From Chloroflexi bacterium UBA5189 (GTDB lineage: Bacteria > Chloroflexota > Limnocylindria > Limnocylindrales > CSP1-4), in contig DHWF01000027.1 in NCBI GenBank assembly GCA_002413045.1, positions 41,413 to 105,412 on the forward strand: a DNA stretch of 64,000 nucleotides, written 5' to 3'. The position numbers were made by a program, and so were the translations under genes. The notes under the pieces were generated by a model that saw nothing but the letters and a program-made list of their open reading frames with translations, had not been told where the DNA came from and did not search any database. Position 1 is the stretch's first letter, and each line of letters begins with the position of its first letter. Of this stretch, positions 43,729 through 52,967 are shown in pieces.

Positions 43729-44888
43729 CAGTCCACCGCGCCTTCGGCCGCGGACGCGTCACCTTCGTGGCCCTCGAGCCCGTGGCCGGCGCCGAAGCCC
43801 CACGTCGGCGGCGTCTCGCCCGGCCAGTCCTCGGCGAACACCCACTTCATCGCCGTGTCCGGCGTCGGGTCGGCGGCGCTCTCGGCGTATTCGGTCGCCT
43901 CGTCGATGTCGGCCTTGACCTCGGCGGCGATGCTCGCCTCGAGCTCCTCGGTCAGGACGCCGGCGTCGCGCAGCTCGGCACGGAAGCGCGGCAGCGGATC
44001 CTCACCCTTCAGCCCCTCGAGCTCCTCAGCCGAGCGGTACTTCGTCTGCTGGTCATCGGAGGAGTGCGCGGTCAGGCGGATGACCTTGGCTTCGATCAGC
44101 GTTGGGCCGTCGCCGCGCCGCGCCCGATCCACCGCCTCCTTCGCCGCGCGATAGCAGGCGAGCACGTCCGCGCCGTCGACGATCACGCCCGGGATGCCGT
44201 AGCCGGAAGCGCGCGCCGCCACGTCCGGCACCGCGAGCTGCTTCGAGACCGGCACGCTGATCGCGTAGCCGTTGTTCTCGACGCACAGGATGAACGGCAG
44301 CTTGTGGATCGCCGCGAAGTTGAGGCCCTCGTGGACGTCGCCCTGGTTGGAGCTGCCCTCGCCCATCGAGGTCAGCGCGACCTGGCCGGTCTTGCGGATC
44401 TTCGCCGCGAGCGCGATCCCGACCGCGTGCAGCATCTGGGTCGCCACCGGCGACGACAGCGAGACGAGGTTGTTCGCCACGTTCCCGTAGTGGCCCGGCA
44501 TCTGGCGGCCGCCGGACGAGAGGTCGATCGCCTTGGCGTACTGGGCGGTGAGGATGTCCCGAGCCTCCATGCCGAAGGTGAGGCACGTGGCGATCGAGCG
44601 ATAGAACGGCGCGATCCAGTCCTTGCCGCGCTCGAGCGGCCACGCGATCGCGGCCTGGGCGCCCTCATGGCCCTGGCCGCTGATCACGAACGGGATCCGG
44701 CCGGCTCGATTCAGGATCCACATCCGCTCGTCGACCGCCCGCGCTGTCGCGATGACCTTGTACATCCCGATCAGGTCGGCGTCGGTCAGCCCAACCGAGG
44801 CAGCAAGCTTCGAGACGCCCGGGCCGGACTTCGCGGCCGAGCCGGCTGCCGCCTTCGCGGTCGACTTCGCGGTCGACTTCGTCGCCAT
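43728..44888 (-). CDS. 2-oxoacid dehydrogenase E1 component alpha subunit (ThDP-dependent)
   Basis: Trimmed to ATG at 44888, which overlaps the lpd stop (ATGA). It has the ThDP motif region GEGSSNQGDVHEGLNFAA. Confidence 0.9.
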   Translation of the reverse strand: MATKSTAKSTAKAAAGSAAKSGPGVSKLAASVGLTDADLIGMYKVIATARAVDERMWILNRAGRIPFVISGQGHEGAQAAIAWPLERGKDWIAPFYRSIATCLTFGMEARDILTAQYAKAIDLSSGGRQMPGHYGNVANNLVSLSSPVATQMLHAVGIALAAKIRKTGQVALTSMGEGSSNQGDVHEGLNFAAIHKLPFILCVENNGYAISVPVSKQLAVPDVAARASGYGIPGVIVDGADVLACYRAAKEAVDRARRGDGPTLIEAKVIRLTAHSSDDQQTKYRSAEELEGLKGEDPLPRFRAELRDAGVLTEELEASIAAEVKADIDEATEYAESAADPTPDTAMKWVFAEDWPGETPPTWGFGAGHGLEGHEGDASAAEGAVD

Positions 44889-46324
44889 CAGAAGTTGATC
44901 GACCGGCCGTCGACGGCCAGCGCCGCCTCGCCGATGATCTCGGAGAAGGTCGGGTGCGGGTGGGTCGAGCCGCCAATCTCCCACGGCGTCGCCTCGAGGT
45001 GAGCCGCGAGCGTGGCTTCTGCGATCAGGTCCGTGGCGTGTGGCCCGATGACGTGGACGCCGAGCGTGTCGCCCGTCTCCGTGTTGCCGATGACCTTCGC
45101 GAAGCCCTCGTACTCGCCGCCGATAATCGCCTTGGCGATCGCCTGGAACGGCACCTTGCCGACCTTGTACGGCAGCCCGCGCTCCTGGCACTGCTGCTCG
45201 GTGAGCCCCACCGATGCGATCTCCGGCCGGCAGTAGGTCGCCCGCGGCTGCTCGACGTAGTCCATCGCGTGGACGTCCTTGTCGCCGGCAATCGTGTGGG
45301 CCGCGATCAGCCCTTCGTGTCCCGCGGTGTGCGCGAGCATCAGCCCGCCGACCGCGTCACCGATCGCGTAGAGGTGCGGCTCGCGCGTCCGCATCGTGCG
45401 CAGGTCCACCTTCACGAAGCCGCGTTCCAGCTCGGCGCGTGTCGATTCGAGCCCGACGTTCTCGACGTTCGGCGCCCTGCCGGTCGCGACGAGGAGCAGC
45501 TCGGCGGTGAGATTCGCCGCTTCCTTGCCCTCCGGGCCGACGTCCATCGAGACGCCGGTCTTCGTCACCTTGACCGCCTTCGTGTCGAACCGGGCGCCGG
45601 TCATCACCGTCATGCCGCGGCGGGTGAAGCTCCGCTCCAGCGCCTGGCTGACCTCGCGGTCCTCGAGTGGCACGAGCGTCGGGAGGTACTCGAGCAGCGT
45701 GACCTTGACGCCGAGGTCGTGATACATCGACGCGAACTCGACACCAACCGCCCCGGCCCCAACGACGATCACGTCCTTGGGCAGCGTGCTCGAGGTCAGC
45801 ACGTCGTCCGAGGTGACGATGCGCTTGCCGTCCAGCTCCAGGCCTGGCAGCGACTTGACCCGAGAGCCCGTCGCCAGGATCACGTCGGTCCCCTGGAGTA
45901 CACGCTCGCCGCCCGGGTTGTCCGCATCGGGCGTCATCTCGACGCGCACGTGCGTGGGCCCGTCGAGCCGGCCCTTGCCCTGGATCCAGGTGACCTTGTT
46001 CTTGTCGATCAGGCTCTTGAGCCCGGTCCACAGCCGCTTGACGACCTGGTCGCGGCGCTCCGCCATGCGGGCGTAGTCGAGCACGGGGTCGCCGACCTCG
46101 ATGCCGTACTCCTTGGCGTGGCGGATGCGATCGGCGAAGGCAGCGGACTCGAGCAGCGCCTTCGTGGGGATGCAGCCGATGTGGAGGCAGGTGCCGCCGA
46201 TCTTCGCCTGGTCGACGAGGGCGACCTTCAGCCCGAGCTGCGCGGCGCGGAATGCGGCGGTGTAGCCGCCGGTTCCTGCGCCGAGGACGACGAGATCGAA
46301 GTCGTTAGAAGAGCCGACAGCCAT
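44888..46324 (-). CDS. lpdA: dihydrolipoyl dehydrogenase (E3)
   Basis: 478 aa with the FAD motif VVLGAGTGGY, the redox disulfide GGTCLHIGCIPTK and the C-terminal HPHPTFSE. Confidence 0.95.
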   Translation of the reverse strand: MAVGSSNDFDLVVLGAGTGGYTAAFRAAQLGLKVALVDQAKIGGTCLHIGCIPTKALLESAAFADRIRHAKEYGIEVGDPVLDYARMAERRDQVVKRLWTGLKSLIDKNKVTWIQGKGRLDGPTHVRVEMTPDADNPGGERVLQGTDVILATGSRVKSLPGLELDGKRIVTSDDVLTSSTLPKDVIVVGAGAVGVEFASMYHDLGVKVTLLEYLPTLVPLEDREVSQALERSFTRRGMTVMTGARFDTKAVKVTKTGVSMDVGPEGKEAANLTAELLLVATGRAPNVENVGLESTRAELERGFVKVDLRTMRTREPHLYAIGDAVGGLMLAHTAGHEGLIAAHTIAGDKDVHAMDYVEQPRATYCRPEIASVGLTEQQCQERGLPYKVGKVPFQAIAKAIIGGEYEGFAKVIGNTETGDTLGVHVIGPHATDLIAEATLAAHLEATPWEIGGSTHPHPTFSEIIGEAALAVDGRSINF

Positions 46325-46412
46325 CGCTGCGGATGGTACGGCGCAGGCCTCGATCTACGCAGACGGTGGATGTATCCTCGGCTGCGGTGCGCACGCTTTC
46401 GCGAGCCGTTCG

Positions 46413-47069
46413 ATGACGCTCGAGGCGCTGCTCCTGCGCGCCGTCCTGGTCGCCGGCGGCTACCTCGCGGGCTCGATCCCGGTGGGCGTGCTCGTCGCGC
46501 GGGCCAGCGGCGGCCCCGATCCGCGGACCATCGGCTCCGGCCGGACGGGCGGCACGAACGCGCTCCGCGCCCTCGGCCGGAAGTGGGCAGCGGTCGTCGT
46601 GGCGGGCGATCTCGCCAAGGGCGCGGTGCCCGTCCTGCTCACCCGGCTCGTGACCGGCGGCGACTCCACCGCCGAGGTCCTCGTCGCAGCCGCGGCTGTC
46701 GCGGGCTCGGTTCGCTCGATCTTCCTCGGGTTCCGCGGTGGTCGCGGGGTGGGCACGGGGGTCGGAACCATGCTCGTCATCCAGCCACTCGCGGTCGTGC
46801 TCGCGGCGCCCGTCTTTTTCCTCGTGATCGTCGCGACGCGCTACGTCTCTCTCGGGTCACTGCTCGGCTCCGCGGCGATGTTCCCGGCGATGCTGCTGAT
46901 CTGGGCCATCGCCTCCGGCTGGGTCGCGCCGGCGTACCTCGTCTGGGCGGCCGTCGGCCCGGTGCTGATCTGGGTCGCGCACGCGGACAACATCGACCGC
47001 CTCCTCCACGGCACCGAGCGCAAGTTCGATCTCGGCCTCCTCGGCGGCCGACGCTCGGGTGGTGCCTGA
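46413..47069 (+). CDS. plsY: glycerol-3-phosphate acyltransferase PlsY
   Basis: 218 aa polytopic membrane protein with GSIPVGVLVAR...GSGRTGGTNALRALG. Confidence 0.9.
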   Translation: MTLEALLLRAVLVAGGYLAGSIPVGVLVARASGGPDPRTIGSGRTGGTNALRALGRKWAAVVVAGDLAKGAVPVLLTRLVTGGDSTAEVLVAAAAVAGSVRSIFLGFRGGRGVGTGVGTMLVIQPLAVVLAAPVFFLVIVATRYVSLGSLLGSAAMFPAMLLIWAIASGWVAPAYLVWAAVGPVLIWVAHADNIDRLLHGTERKFDLGLLGGRRSGGA

Positions 47070-47087
47070 GGCATCCAGATTACGGCG

Positions 47088-47121
47088 GCGCCCCCGCCGC
47101 GACCATCGCGGGCGGGGGCGC
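47088..47121. terminator. long GC-rich hairpin between convergent genes
   Basis: GCGCCCCCGCCGCGA-CCA-TCGCGGGCGGGGGCGC (one bulge) lies in the plsY / BNR-protein convergent gap. There is no clear U-tract. Confidence 0.4.
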
Positions 47122-47178
47122 TGGTGCCGGACCGCTCGGGGCTCGAGAGCGGCCCCCGGTGATAAACGATTTGATCGA

Positions 47179-48804
47179 CTACGGCGCCGCCGCGAAGAAG
47201 GCGTCCGACCCGCTGCGGCAGGTACCTGCGAAGCAGGCGGTCTCGCGGAGATCGGTCCAGTACGCGACGACGTGCCCGTTGGCCGTCGCCGCGATGTTCG
47301 AGTAGTCGCCGATGAACGAGGTGGCGTGCGGGAACGAGTTGTTCACCGTTGCTGCGAACCAGCGGTCGCCCTGCGTCGGGTCCGAGGCAACCGTCGAGAC
47401 GGCGGCCGACGTGAAGGCAAGAGTCCCGGAGCCGGTCTCCGTCGCTACGGAATAGTTGTACAGGTGGTTCGCCGCGTCGGCGCTGCGGTCGAAGTAGCCG
47501 ATCCGCAGGATGCCCTTGGAGTCGTAGGCACCCCACGGCATGAATTGGTCACCCGGGAGGGCCAGCGAAACCGGGAAAGACCAGGTGGCGCCACTGTCCG
47601 TCGACTGGCTGACGACCACATCGGAGTTGGTGATCGCCGAATACGGGTCGGCCGGTGCCGGGGTCGCGCTGTTCCGCATGTCTGACCAGACCACGGCGAG
47701 GTGCGCCGAGTTCTTGGGGTCGGTGGTGATGTTGCCGGCCGCCCACGACCGGAACAGGCTGTCCTGGTAGGTCTGGCGGCCGAAGGCGATCGGGTAGTCG
47801 GTCCCGCCGTCAATGACCGTCGCGACCTTGATCGGCGCGCCGAGCGCGAGGCCCGTCGTCGGGCTGACCTTGACGACCTCGTAGTCGTCGCGGCCGGTGT
47901 CGAGGTCGGTCGTGTTCAGGAATGCGACCGCGATCGAGTCGCCAGCCACGGTCGGAACCGAGACGAACGCCTCGTCGAGGTTGCCCGAGATGACGTGCGG
48001 CGTCGACCATTTCGCGCCGTAGTCGTGCGTTACCGACGCGTAGATCCTGGCGCTGATGAAGCTGCCGCTCTTGCCGAGCCTGAAGTCGCCGTACGTCACG
48101 ATGGCGTTGCCGGCGCCCCACGCGGCGATGTACTCCTTGTCGAGCGAGTCGCCGACGCTGCCAAAGTTGCCGCTGCCCGAGGCGACCTTGACCGAAGCCC
48201 AGGTCTTGCCCCCATCGCCGGAGTTGGCGACGAGGACATCGGGCGCCTGCGCATTGGTCAGCCCGACGAAGCGGAAGCCGAGCGTCGCATAGTAGGCATG
48301 CCCGCTCGCGTCGAAGGCCACCGACGGGTCGCCCGTCGCCTGGTACGTCGAGTGGAACAGGATCGGGTACTCGGACCATTGCGTGCCGCCATCGAACGTG
48401 ACGTGCGCACGCGACAGCACCGTCTCGGTGACGTGGCCGCCCGAGTTGAACCCGAGCTGGTAGTCATTCGCGCCGCCGAGGATGTTGTTCGCGTTCGTGG
48501 GGTTGATCGCGATCGAGGTCTCGTTGTGCGGGCCGGGAGTGGCCTCGCAGTCGGTGTTGGCATTCGCGCCCTGCGGCGGGCCGATGCACAGCTTCTGGCC
48601 GGGCTTCAACGAGCCATCGGTGCCGAAAACCGCGCTGGTGACCGGAGCAGGTGCATCCATCACGTTGTGGACGAAATCGATCGGCTGGACATTGTCGCCG
48701 CCGTCCCCCAGCACCGGGCTGCCGGCCCCCATCGCGAGGACGATCAATCCGCCGGTCGCGACCATCGCAAGGAACCGGCGCGGCGAGTGTTTCCCGTGAA
48801 TCAT
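47179..48804 (-). CDS. secreted BNR/Asp-box repeat (sialidase-like beta-propeller) protein
   Basis: Trimmed to ATG at 48804 (RBS GGAGG) with a signal peptide. Asp-boxes are TFDGGTQWSE, SGDGGKTWAS, HDYGAKWSTP and STDSGATWSF. Confidence 0.8.
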   Translation of the reverse strand: MIHGKHSPRRFLAMVATGGLIVLAMGAGSPVLGDGGDNVQPIDFVHNVMDAPAPVTSAVFGTDGSLKPGQKLCIGPPQGANANTDCEATPGPHNETSIAINPTNANNILGGANDYQLGFNSGGHVTETVLSRAHVTFDGGTQWSEYPILFHSTYQATGDPSVAFDASGHAYYATLGFRFVGLTNAQAPDVLVANSGDGGKTWASVKVASGSGNFGSVGDSLDKEYIAAWGAGNAIVTYGDFRLGKSGSFISARIYASVTHDYGAKWSTPHVISGNLDEAFVSVPTVAGDSIAVAFLNTTDLDTGRDDYEVVKVSPTTGLALGAPIKVATVIDGGTDYPIAFGRQTYQDSLFRSWAAGNITTDPKNSAHLAVVWSDMRNSATPAPADPYSAITNSDVVVSQSTDSGATWSFPVSLALPGDQFMPWGAYDSKGILRIGYFDRSADAANHLYNYSVATETGSGTLAFTSAAVSTVASDPTQGDRWFAATVNNSFPHATSFIGDYSNIAATANGHVVAYWTDLRETACFAGTCRSGSDAFFAAAP

Positions 48805-49034
48805 GCGGACGCCTCCAATGCTGTCCAGGCGTCCCGCGAGCCCTCCTGCGGGGCGCTCCAAGGCTGGCCGATGCGAGGCCGGCTAGACAGGGATACGCCT
48901 CCGGCCACTACCCGGATCGCGACCAGCGGCGCGATCGGTGTTGCAACGGCGTGGCAACCGGCGCCGCGCGCATTTCGCGGGGGTTAGCCCACCGAGTGCA
49001 ATGCCGCCGCCGCTTCCAAGGGCCTTCTCGATGC

Positions 49035-50159
49035 ATGGACCGCCGTGCGAGCTGCGTACGCTCCTTCGATGTCCGCCTCTCCGAAGCCGCGCTGCGCGCC
49101 GTGACCATCCTCATCTCGGTGTTCGGCTTCGCTGGTCGCTTCGCCGGTGACCTCCTGACGACGTCCCTCGGCTGGGCCAGCAGCCTGTTGTTCGGCCGCG
49201 TGCCGAGATCCCACCAGGTGCTCCTGGTCCTGATGATGGCGTTCTCGTTCCTGTGGTTGATCCTGGTGCTGGCGCTGCTGCTACCGGCCGTCGCCTCGTT
49301 CCTGCTGGCGGCCACGCCGCACCCGCCGTTCGTCGATCAGCAGCTGTTGGGCATTGCGATCCTGTTCAGCGTGCTGTTCGTGCCGCTTGGCGTCGGCGCC
49401 GCGGGCTACCTCGTGCCGGCGGAGGGCGATCGGCCCGGTGGCCTGGCGATCGTCCGCGACGTCCTGCGGGGCTACGTGCTGGCGCCGCTCCTCAGCGGCA
49501 TCCTGATCTTCCTCGCCGGCGTGGGCATCGTCCGCAAGGTCCGCAGCCGTCGCCACGGCTGGTCGGACATCCACGTTCCGATCGTCATGAAGCCAGGTGG
49601 CTATGACACGGTGGTCCACGATCTGGTCGACGCCCTCGCGAGCGCCGGCCTCGAGGTCTCCGCGCGGGACGCGCCACGGGTGCTCACCGCCCCGGCCGCC
49701 CTGCTGACGGCGGTCGCGGGCGAGAACGTCCGGAAGCTCAGGCCGGATCGCCTGGTCGAGGTCGGCGGACGCGACCTCCGGATCGGCGCCTACCCGTCGG
49801 ACATCGCGATCTCGGGAACGACGCTGAATAGAACCCGCGCCCGAGCAGCGATCCTGAGCCGGCTGACGACCAGCGCGGCGCACCTCACGACGAGCGAGGA
49901 GGCCCAGCGGATCGAGGATGCGATCGCGAAGGTGGCGGCGTCGGACGGCGCGCTGCGGGCCAGGCTCGGCGCTCCGGCGCAGGCGCACATGGACGACATC
50001 GACGAGAAGCTCGTGAGCGCGCCGATTCCCACCGACGAATGGGACATCCTGTATCGGATCCGGCTCCAGGTCGAACGCGACCTGCTGATCGGGTCCAGGC
50101 CCGGGACCGAGTTTCCGGGGCGCGAGGAGCTCGCCGTTTCAAGACGCGCAGGTTCCTGA
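49035..50159 (+). CDS. polytopic membrane protein with cytoplasmic C-terminal domain, unknown function
   Basis: Trimmed to ATG at 49035. About 5 hydrophobic segments are followed by a soluble ~230-aa region. I do not recognise a family. Confidence 0.55.
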   Translation: MDRRASCVRSFDVRLSEAALRAVTILISVFGFAGRFAGDLLTTSLGWASSLLFGRVPRSHQVLLVLMMAFSFLWLILVLALLLPAVASFLLAATPHPPFVDQQLLGIAILFSVLFVPLGVGAAGYLVPAEGDRPGGLAIVRDVLRGYVLAPLLSGILIFLAGVGIVRKVRSRRHGWSDIHVPIVMKPGGYDTVVHDLVDALASAGLEVSARDAPRVLTAPAALLTAVAGENVRKLRPDRLVEVGGRDLRIGAYPSDIAISGTTLNRTRARAAILSRLTTSAAHLTTSEEAQRIEDAIAKVAASDGALRARLGAPAQAHMDDIDEKLVSAPIPTDEWDILYRIRLQVERDLLIGSRPGTEFPGREELAVSRRAGS

Positions 50160-50193
50160 CCGGGTCCCGCGTCCTCGCCCGCGGGTGCGCGGC

Positions 50194-50607
50194 TCAGCCT
50201 CGGCGCGGCGGCCAGAACAACGGCTGATCCTTCTCGTAGATCGTGATCCGATACCCGTCGGGATCTGCCATCGAGAACTGCCGCCCGAACGGCCCATCAA
50301 ACGGTTCGACGACGATCGGAACGCCGTCCGCGACCGCCCGCTCATAGAGTGCCTGGGCGTCGCTGGCTCGCCACCACAGCTGGATGCTCGTCGCTTCGGG
50401 CGATGGCCCGGGAAGACCGGGCCGCCGAGCCGATGACAGGGCCAGCGTCGGCCAGCCAACGAACACCGCGGAGTCCGGGCCGAAGTCGAACGTGTCCCGC
50501 ATGCCGCCGAGGTACCGCTCATAGAAAGCGGCGGACCCTTGGACATCGGTGACGGCGATCGAGATGAATCCCGGGCTCGGAGTTACGACGGTGCCTGGCA
50601 TGTCCAA
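50194..50607 (-). CDS. VOC (glyoxalase/bleomycin-resistance) family protein
   Basis: 137 aa with the patterns ISIAVTDVQGSAAFYERYLG and F.M.DPDGYRITIY. Confidence 0.8.
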   Translation of the reverse strand: MDMPGTVVTPSPGFISIAVTDVQGSAAFYERYLGGMRDTFDFGPDSAVFVGWPTLALSSARRPGLPGPSPEATSIQLWWRASDAQALYERAVADGVPIVVEPFDGPFGRQFSMADPDGYRITIYEKDQPLFWPPRRG

Positions 50608-50675
50608 GGTCTCCTTGCCGCTTCCGCGGCGCTTATGACTCGAGGTAGCGTCGCGGAAAACCTGGCTCGGCGCCC

Positions 50676-50712
50676 AGAATCGAAAGACCCGAGGCGGCTG
50701 ACGCCCCGGGTC
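50676..50712 (-). terminator. intrinsic terminator candidate downstream of the zinc-ribbon gene
   Basis: The minus-strand hairpin GACCCGGGGCG-UCAGC-CGCCUCGGGUC (11 bp, 1 mismatch) is followed by UUUCGAUUCU. A second perfect 8-bp hairpin (CGCGGATC...GATCCGCG) lies at 50735-50757. Confidence 0.55.
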
Positions 50713-50793
50713 TCCTGGTTACTGGCTCTGGTTCCGCGGATCTTCGTGCGATCCGCGTGCCGAGAGGAGTGCTAGAGAGTGATGAGGTTCTGA

Positions 50794-51186
50794 CTAGCCC
50801 CGCATCGTGCGGAAGCAGTCGGAGCAATAGACGGGCTTGCCGCTCGTCGGGCGGAACGGGACCTTGGCCTCGTTGCCGCAGTTCGAGCAGGTGGCGCTGA
50901 ACATCTCCCGCGGGCCGCGGTCGTAGCCGCCGCCACCGCCGGAGCTGTAGCCACCGCCGGAGCTGTAGCCACCAGAGCCACCGCCCCCGCCGTAGCTGCC
51001 GGCATCGCCGTAGCCCGACGAGTAGCCGGCGCCGCTGGACTGGCGGGCGGCCTTGCGGGCAGCTCGGTCAGTCGGGCAACGACGGGGCTCGGTGAAGCCA
51101 CGCTGGGCGTAGAAATCCTGCTCGCTTGCGGTGAACACGAACTGCTGTCCGCAATCCGCACACGTCAGGGTCTTGTCGCTGTACAA
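50794..51186 (-). CDS. dual zinc-ribbon protein with Gly/Ser/Tyr-rich central low-complexity region
   Basis: Trimmed to TTG at 51186 (RBS GAGAGGAG). The N-terminus is LTCADCGQQFVFTASEQDFYAQRGFTEPRRC. The centre is SSGAGYSSGYGDAGSYGGGGGSGGYSSGGGYSSGGGGGYDRG. The C-terminus is CSNCGNEAKVPFRPTSGKPVYCSDCF. Confidence 0.75.
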   Translation of the reverse strand: MYSDKTLTCADCGQQFVFTASEQDFYAQRGFTEPRRCPTDRAARKAARQSSGAGYSSGYGDAGSYGGGGGSGGYSSGGGYSSGGGGGYDRGPREMFSATCSNCGNEAKVPFRPTSGKPVYCSDCFRTMRG

Positions 51187-51425
51187 AAGAACTCCTCTCG
51201 TCTGACCAGCCGCGATCCCCGCTCGGGTTCTCGCGTCAGCCGTGAGAGGAGTCCGGTTTCGAGGTGGTCTACGCGTATTCGCCGTCACGACCGTGCCGTG
51301 ACATTGGGCGATGCGCAGGATAGGCCATTCTCAGGAACCTGCCTAGCCCTGAATTCACGCACGGCCCCGCTGTGTGCGATCTCGACTCGATCGCCGCCCG
51401 AAACGGCCTGGCAGGAACCGGCCCA

Positions 51426-52967
51426 TCACGGCGGTGGCACGATCTCCTGATCTCGCTCGATCCAACGTCGGGAGCGGTCGACGGCGCGGTGCCAGCCGTG
51501 GAGCATCGAAGCGCGGCGATCGCCGGACATCGAGGGCTCGAAGCGGCGATCGAGCGCCCAGTTTGACGCGATGTCCTCGAGGTCATTCCAGTAGCCGATC
51601 GCGAGGCCGGCGAGGTAGGCCGCGCCGAGGGCGGTCGTCTCGGCGACGAGAGGTCGCTCCACCGGGACGCCGAGGAGATCGGCCTGGAGCTGGAGCAACA
51701 GGTCGTTGGCCGCGGCGCCGCCGTCGACGCGAAGGACGTCCAGGCGCCCGGCGGCGTCGCCGGCCATCGCCTCGAGCACGTCTGCCACCTGGAAGGCGAT
51801 CGATTCAAGCGTCGCCCTCGCGATCTCGGCGAGGCCGGTGCCGCGCGTGATCCCGACGATCGTGCCGCGCGCATCCGGGTCCCAGTACGGCGCGCCGAGC
51901 CCGGTGAACGCCGGCACGAGGTAGACGCCGCCCGTGTCGGGAACGGATGTGGCCAGGCCCTCGACGTCGCCGGAGCGTTCGATCGCGTGGAGGCCGTCGC
52001 GCAGCCACTGGACCGCGGACCCCGCCGAGAACACCGAGCCCTCGAGCGCGTAGGTGGTCGGCGCTTCCGGCGCCAGCTGCCAGCCGACCGTGGTGAGCAG
52101 GCCGTGCTCGGATGCGCGCGGTTCTGCGCCTGTGTTCAGTAGCAGGAACGCGCCGGTTCCGTACGTGTTCTTGGCCTGGCCCGGGTCGAAGCAGGCCTGG
52201 CCGAAGGTCGCCGCCTGCTGGTCGCCGACGAGTGCCGTGATCGGGATGGCGCGGCCGAACAGCTCCGGCGACGTCGCGCCAAACTCGCCGGACGTGGGCC
52301 GGACCTCCGGGAGCATCGCCGCCGGGACGCCGACGAGCGCCAGCATCTCCTCGTCCCAGGCGAGCCGGTGGATGTCGAAGAGGAGCGTCCGGCTGGCATT
52401 CGACACGTCGGTGGCGTGGACGGCGCCGCGTCCCGCCGTCCCACCCGTCAGTCGCCACAGCAGGAACGCGTCCACGGTTCCGAATGCGAGCTCGCCGCGC
52501 TCGGCACGGGAGCGAGCGCCGGGCACGGCGTCGAGGATGTGCGCGATCTTCGGCCCGCTGAAATACGCGTCGAGCGGCAGTCCCGTGCGGGCGCGGAACA
52601 GCGGCTCGCGGCCGGCCGCACGGAGGCGCTCGCAGGCCGCCGCGGTGATTCGCGACTGCCAGACGATCGCGTCGGCGATCGGCTCGCCGGTCGCCCGGTC
52701 CCAGACGATCGTCGTCTCGCGCTGGTTGGTGATGCCGATCGCCGCGATCCGGTCGGCGCCCCCGACCTGACGAACCACGTCCTGCGCGACGGCGAGCTGG
52801 GAGGACCAGATCGCCTCCGGGTCGTGCGTGACGTGGCCCGGTGACGGGAACTTCTGCTCGAACGGTTGCTGGGCGCTTGCCACCGGCCGTCCGTCCCGCG
52901 CGAACGCGATGGCCCTCGACGAGGTCGTGCCCTGGTCGAGGGCCAGGATCAGCGGGTCGTCGCCCAT
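51426..52967 (-). CDS. glpK: glycerol kinase
   Basis: Trimmed to ATG at 52967. It has [25 protein letters not shown] and [10 protein letters not shown]. Confidence 0.95.
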   Translation of the reverse strand: MGDDPLILALDQGTTSSRAIAFARDGRPVASAQQPFEQKFPSPGHVTHDPEAIWSSQLAVAQDVVRQVGGADRIAAIGITNQRETTIVWDRATGEPIADAIVWQSRITAAACERLRAAGREPLFRARTGLPLDAYFSGPKIAHILDAVPGARSRAERGELAFGTVDAFLLWRLTGGTAGRGAVHATDVSNASRTLLFDIHRLAWDEEMLALVGVPAAMLPEVRPTSGEFGATSPELFGRAIPITALVGDQQAATFGQACFDPGQAKNTYGTGAFLLLNTGAEPRASEHGLLTTVGWQLAPEAPTTYALEGSVFSAGSAVQWLRDGLHAIERSGDVEGLATSVPDTGGVYLVPAFTGLGAPYWDPDARGTIVGITRGTGLAEIARATLESIAFQVADVLEAMAGDAAGRLDVLRVDGGAAANDLLLQLQADLLGVPVERPLVAETTALGAAYLAGLAIGYWNDLEDIASNWALDRRFEPSMSGDRRASMLHGWHRAVDRSRRWIERDQEIVPPP

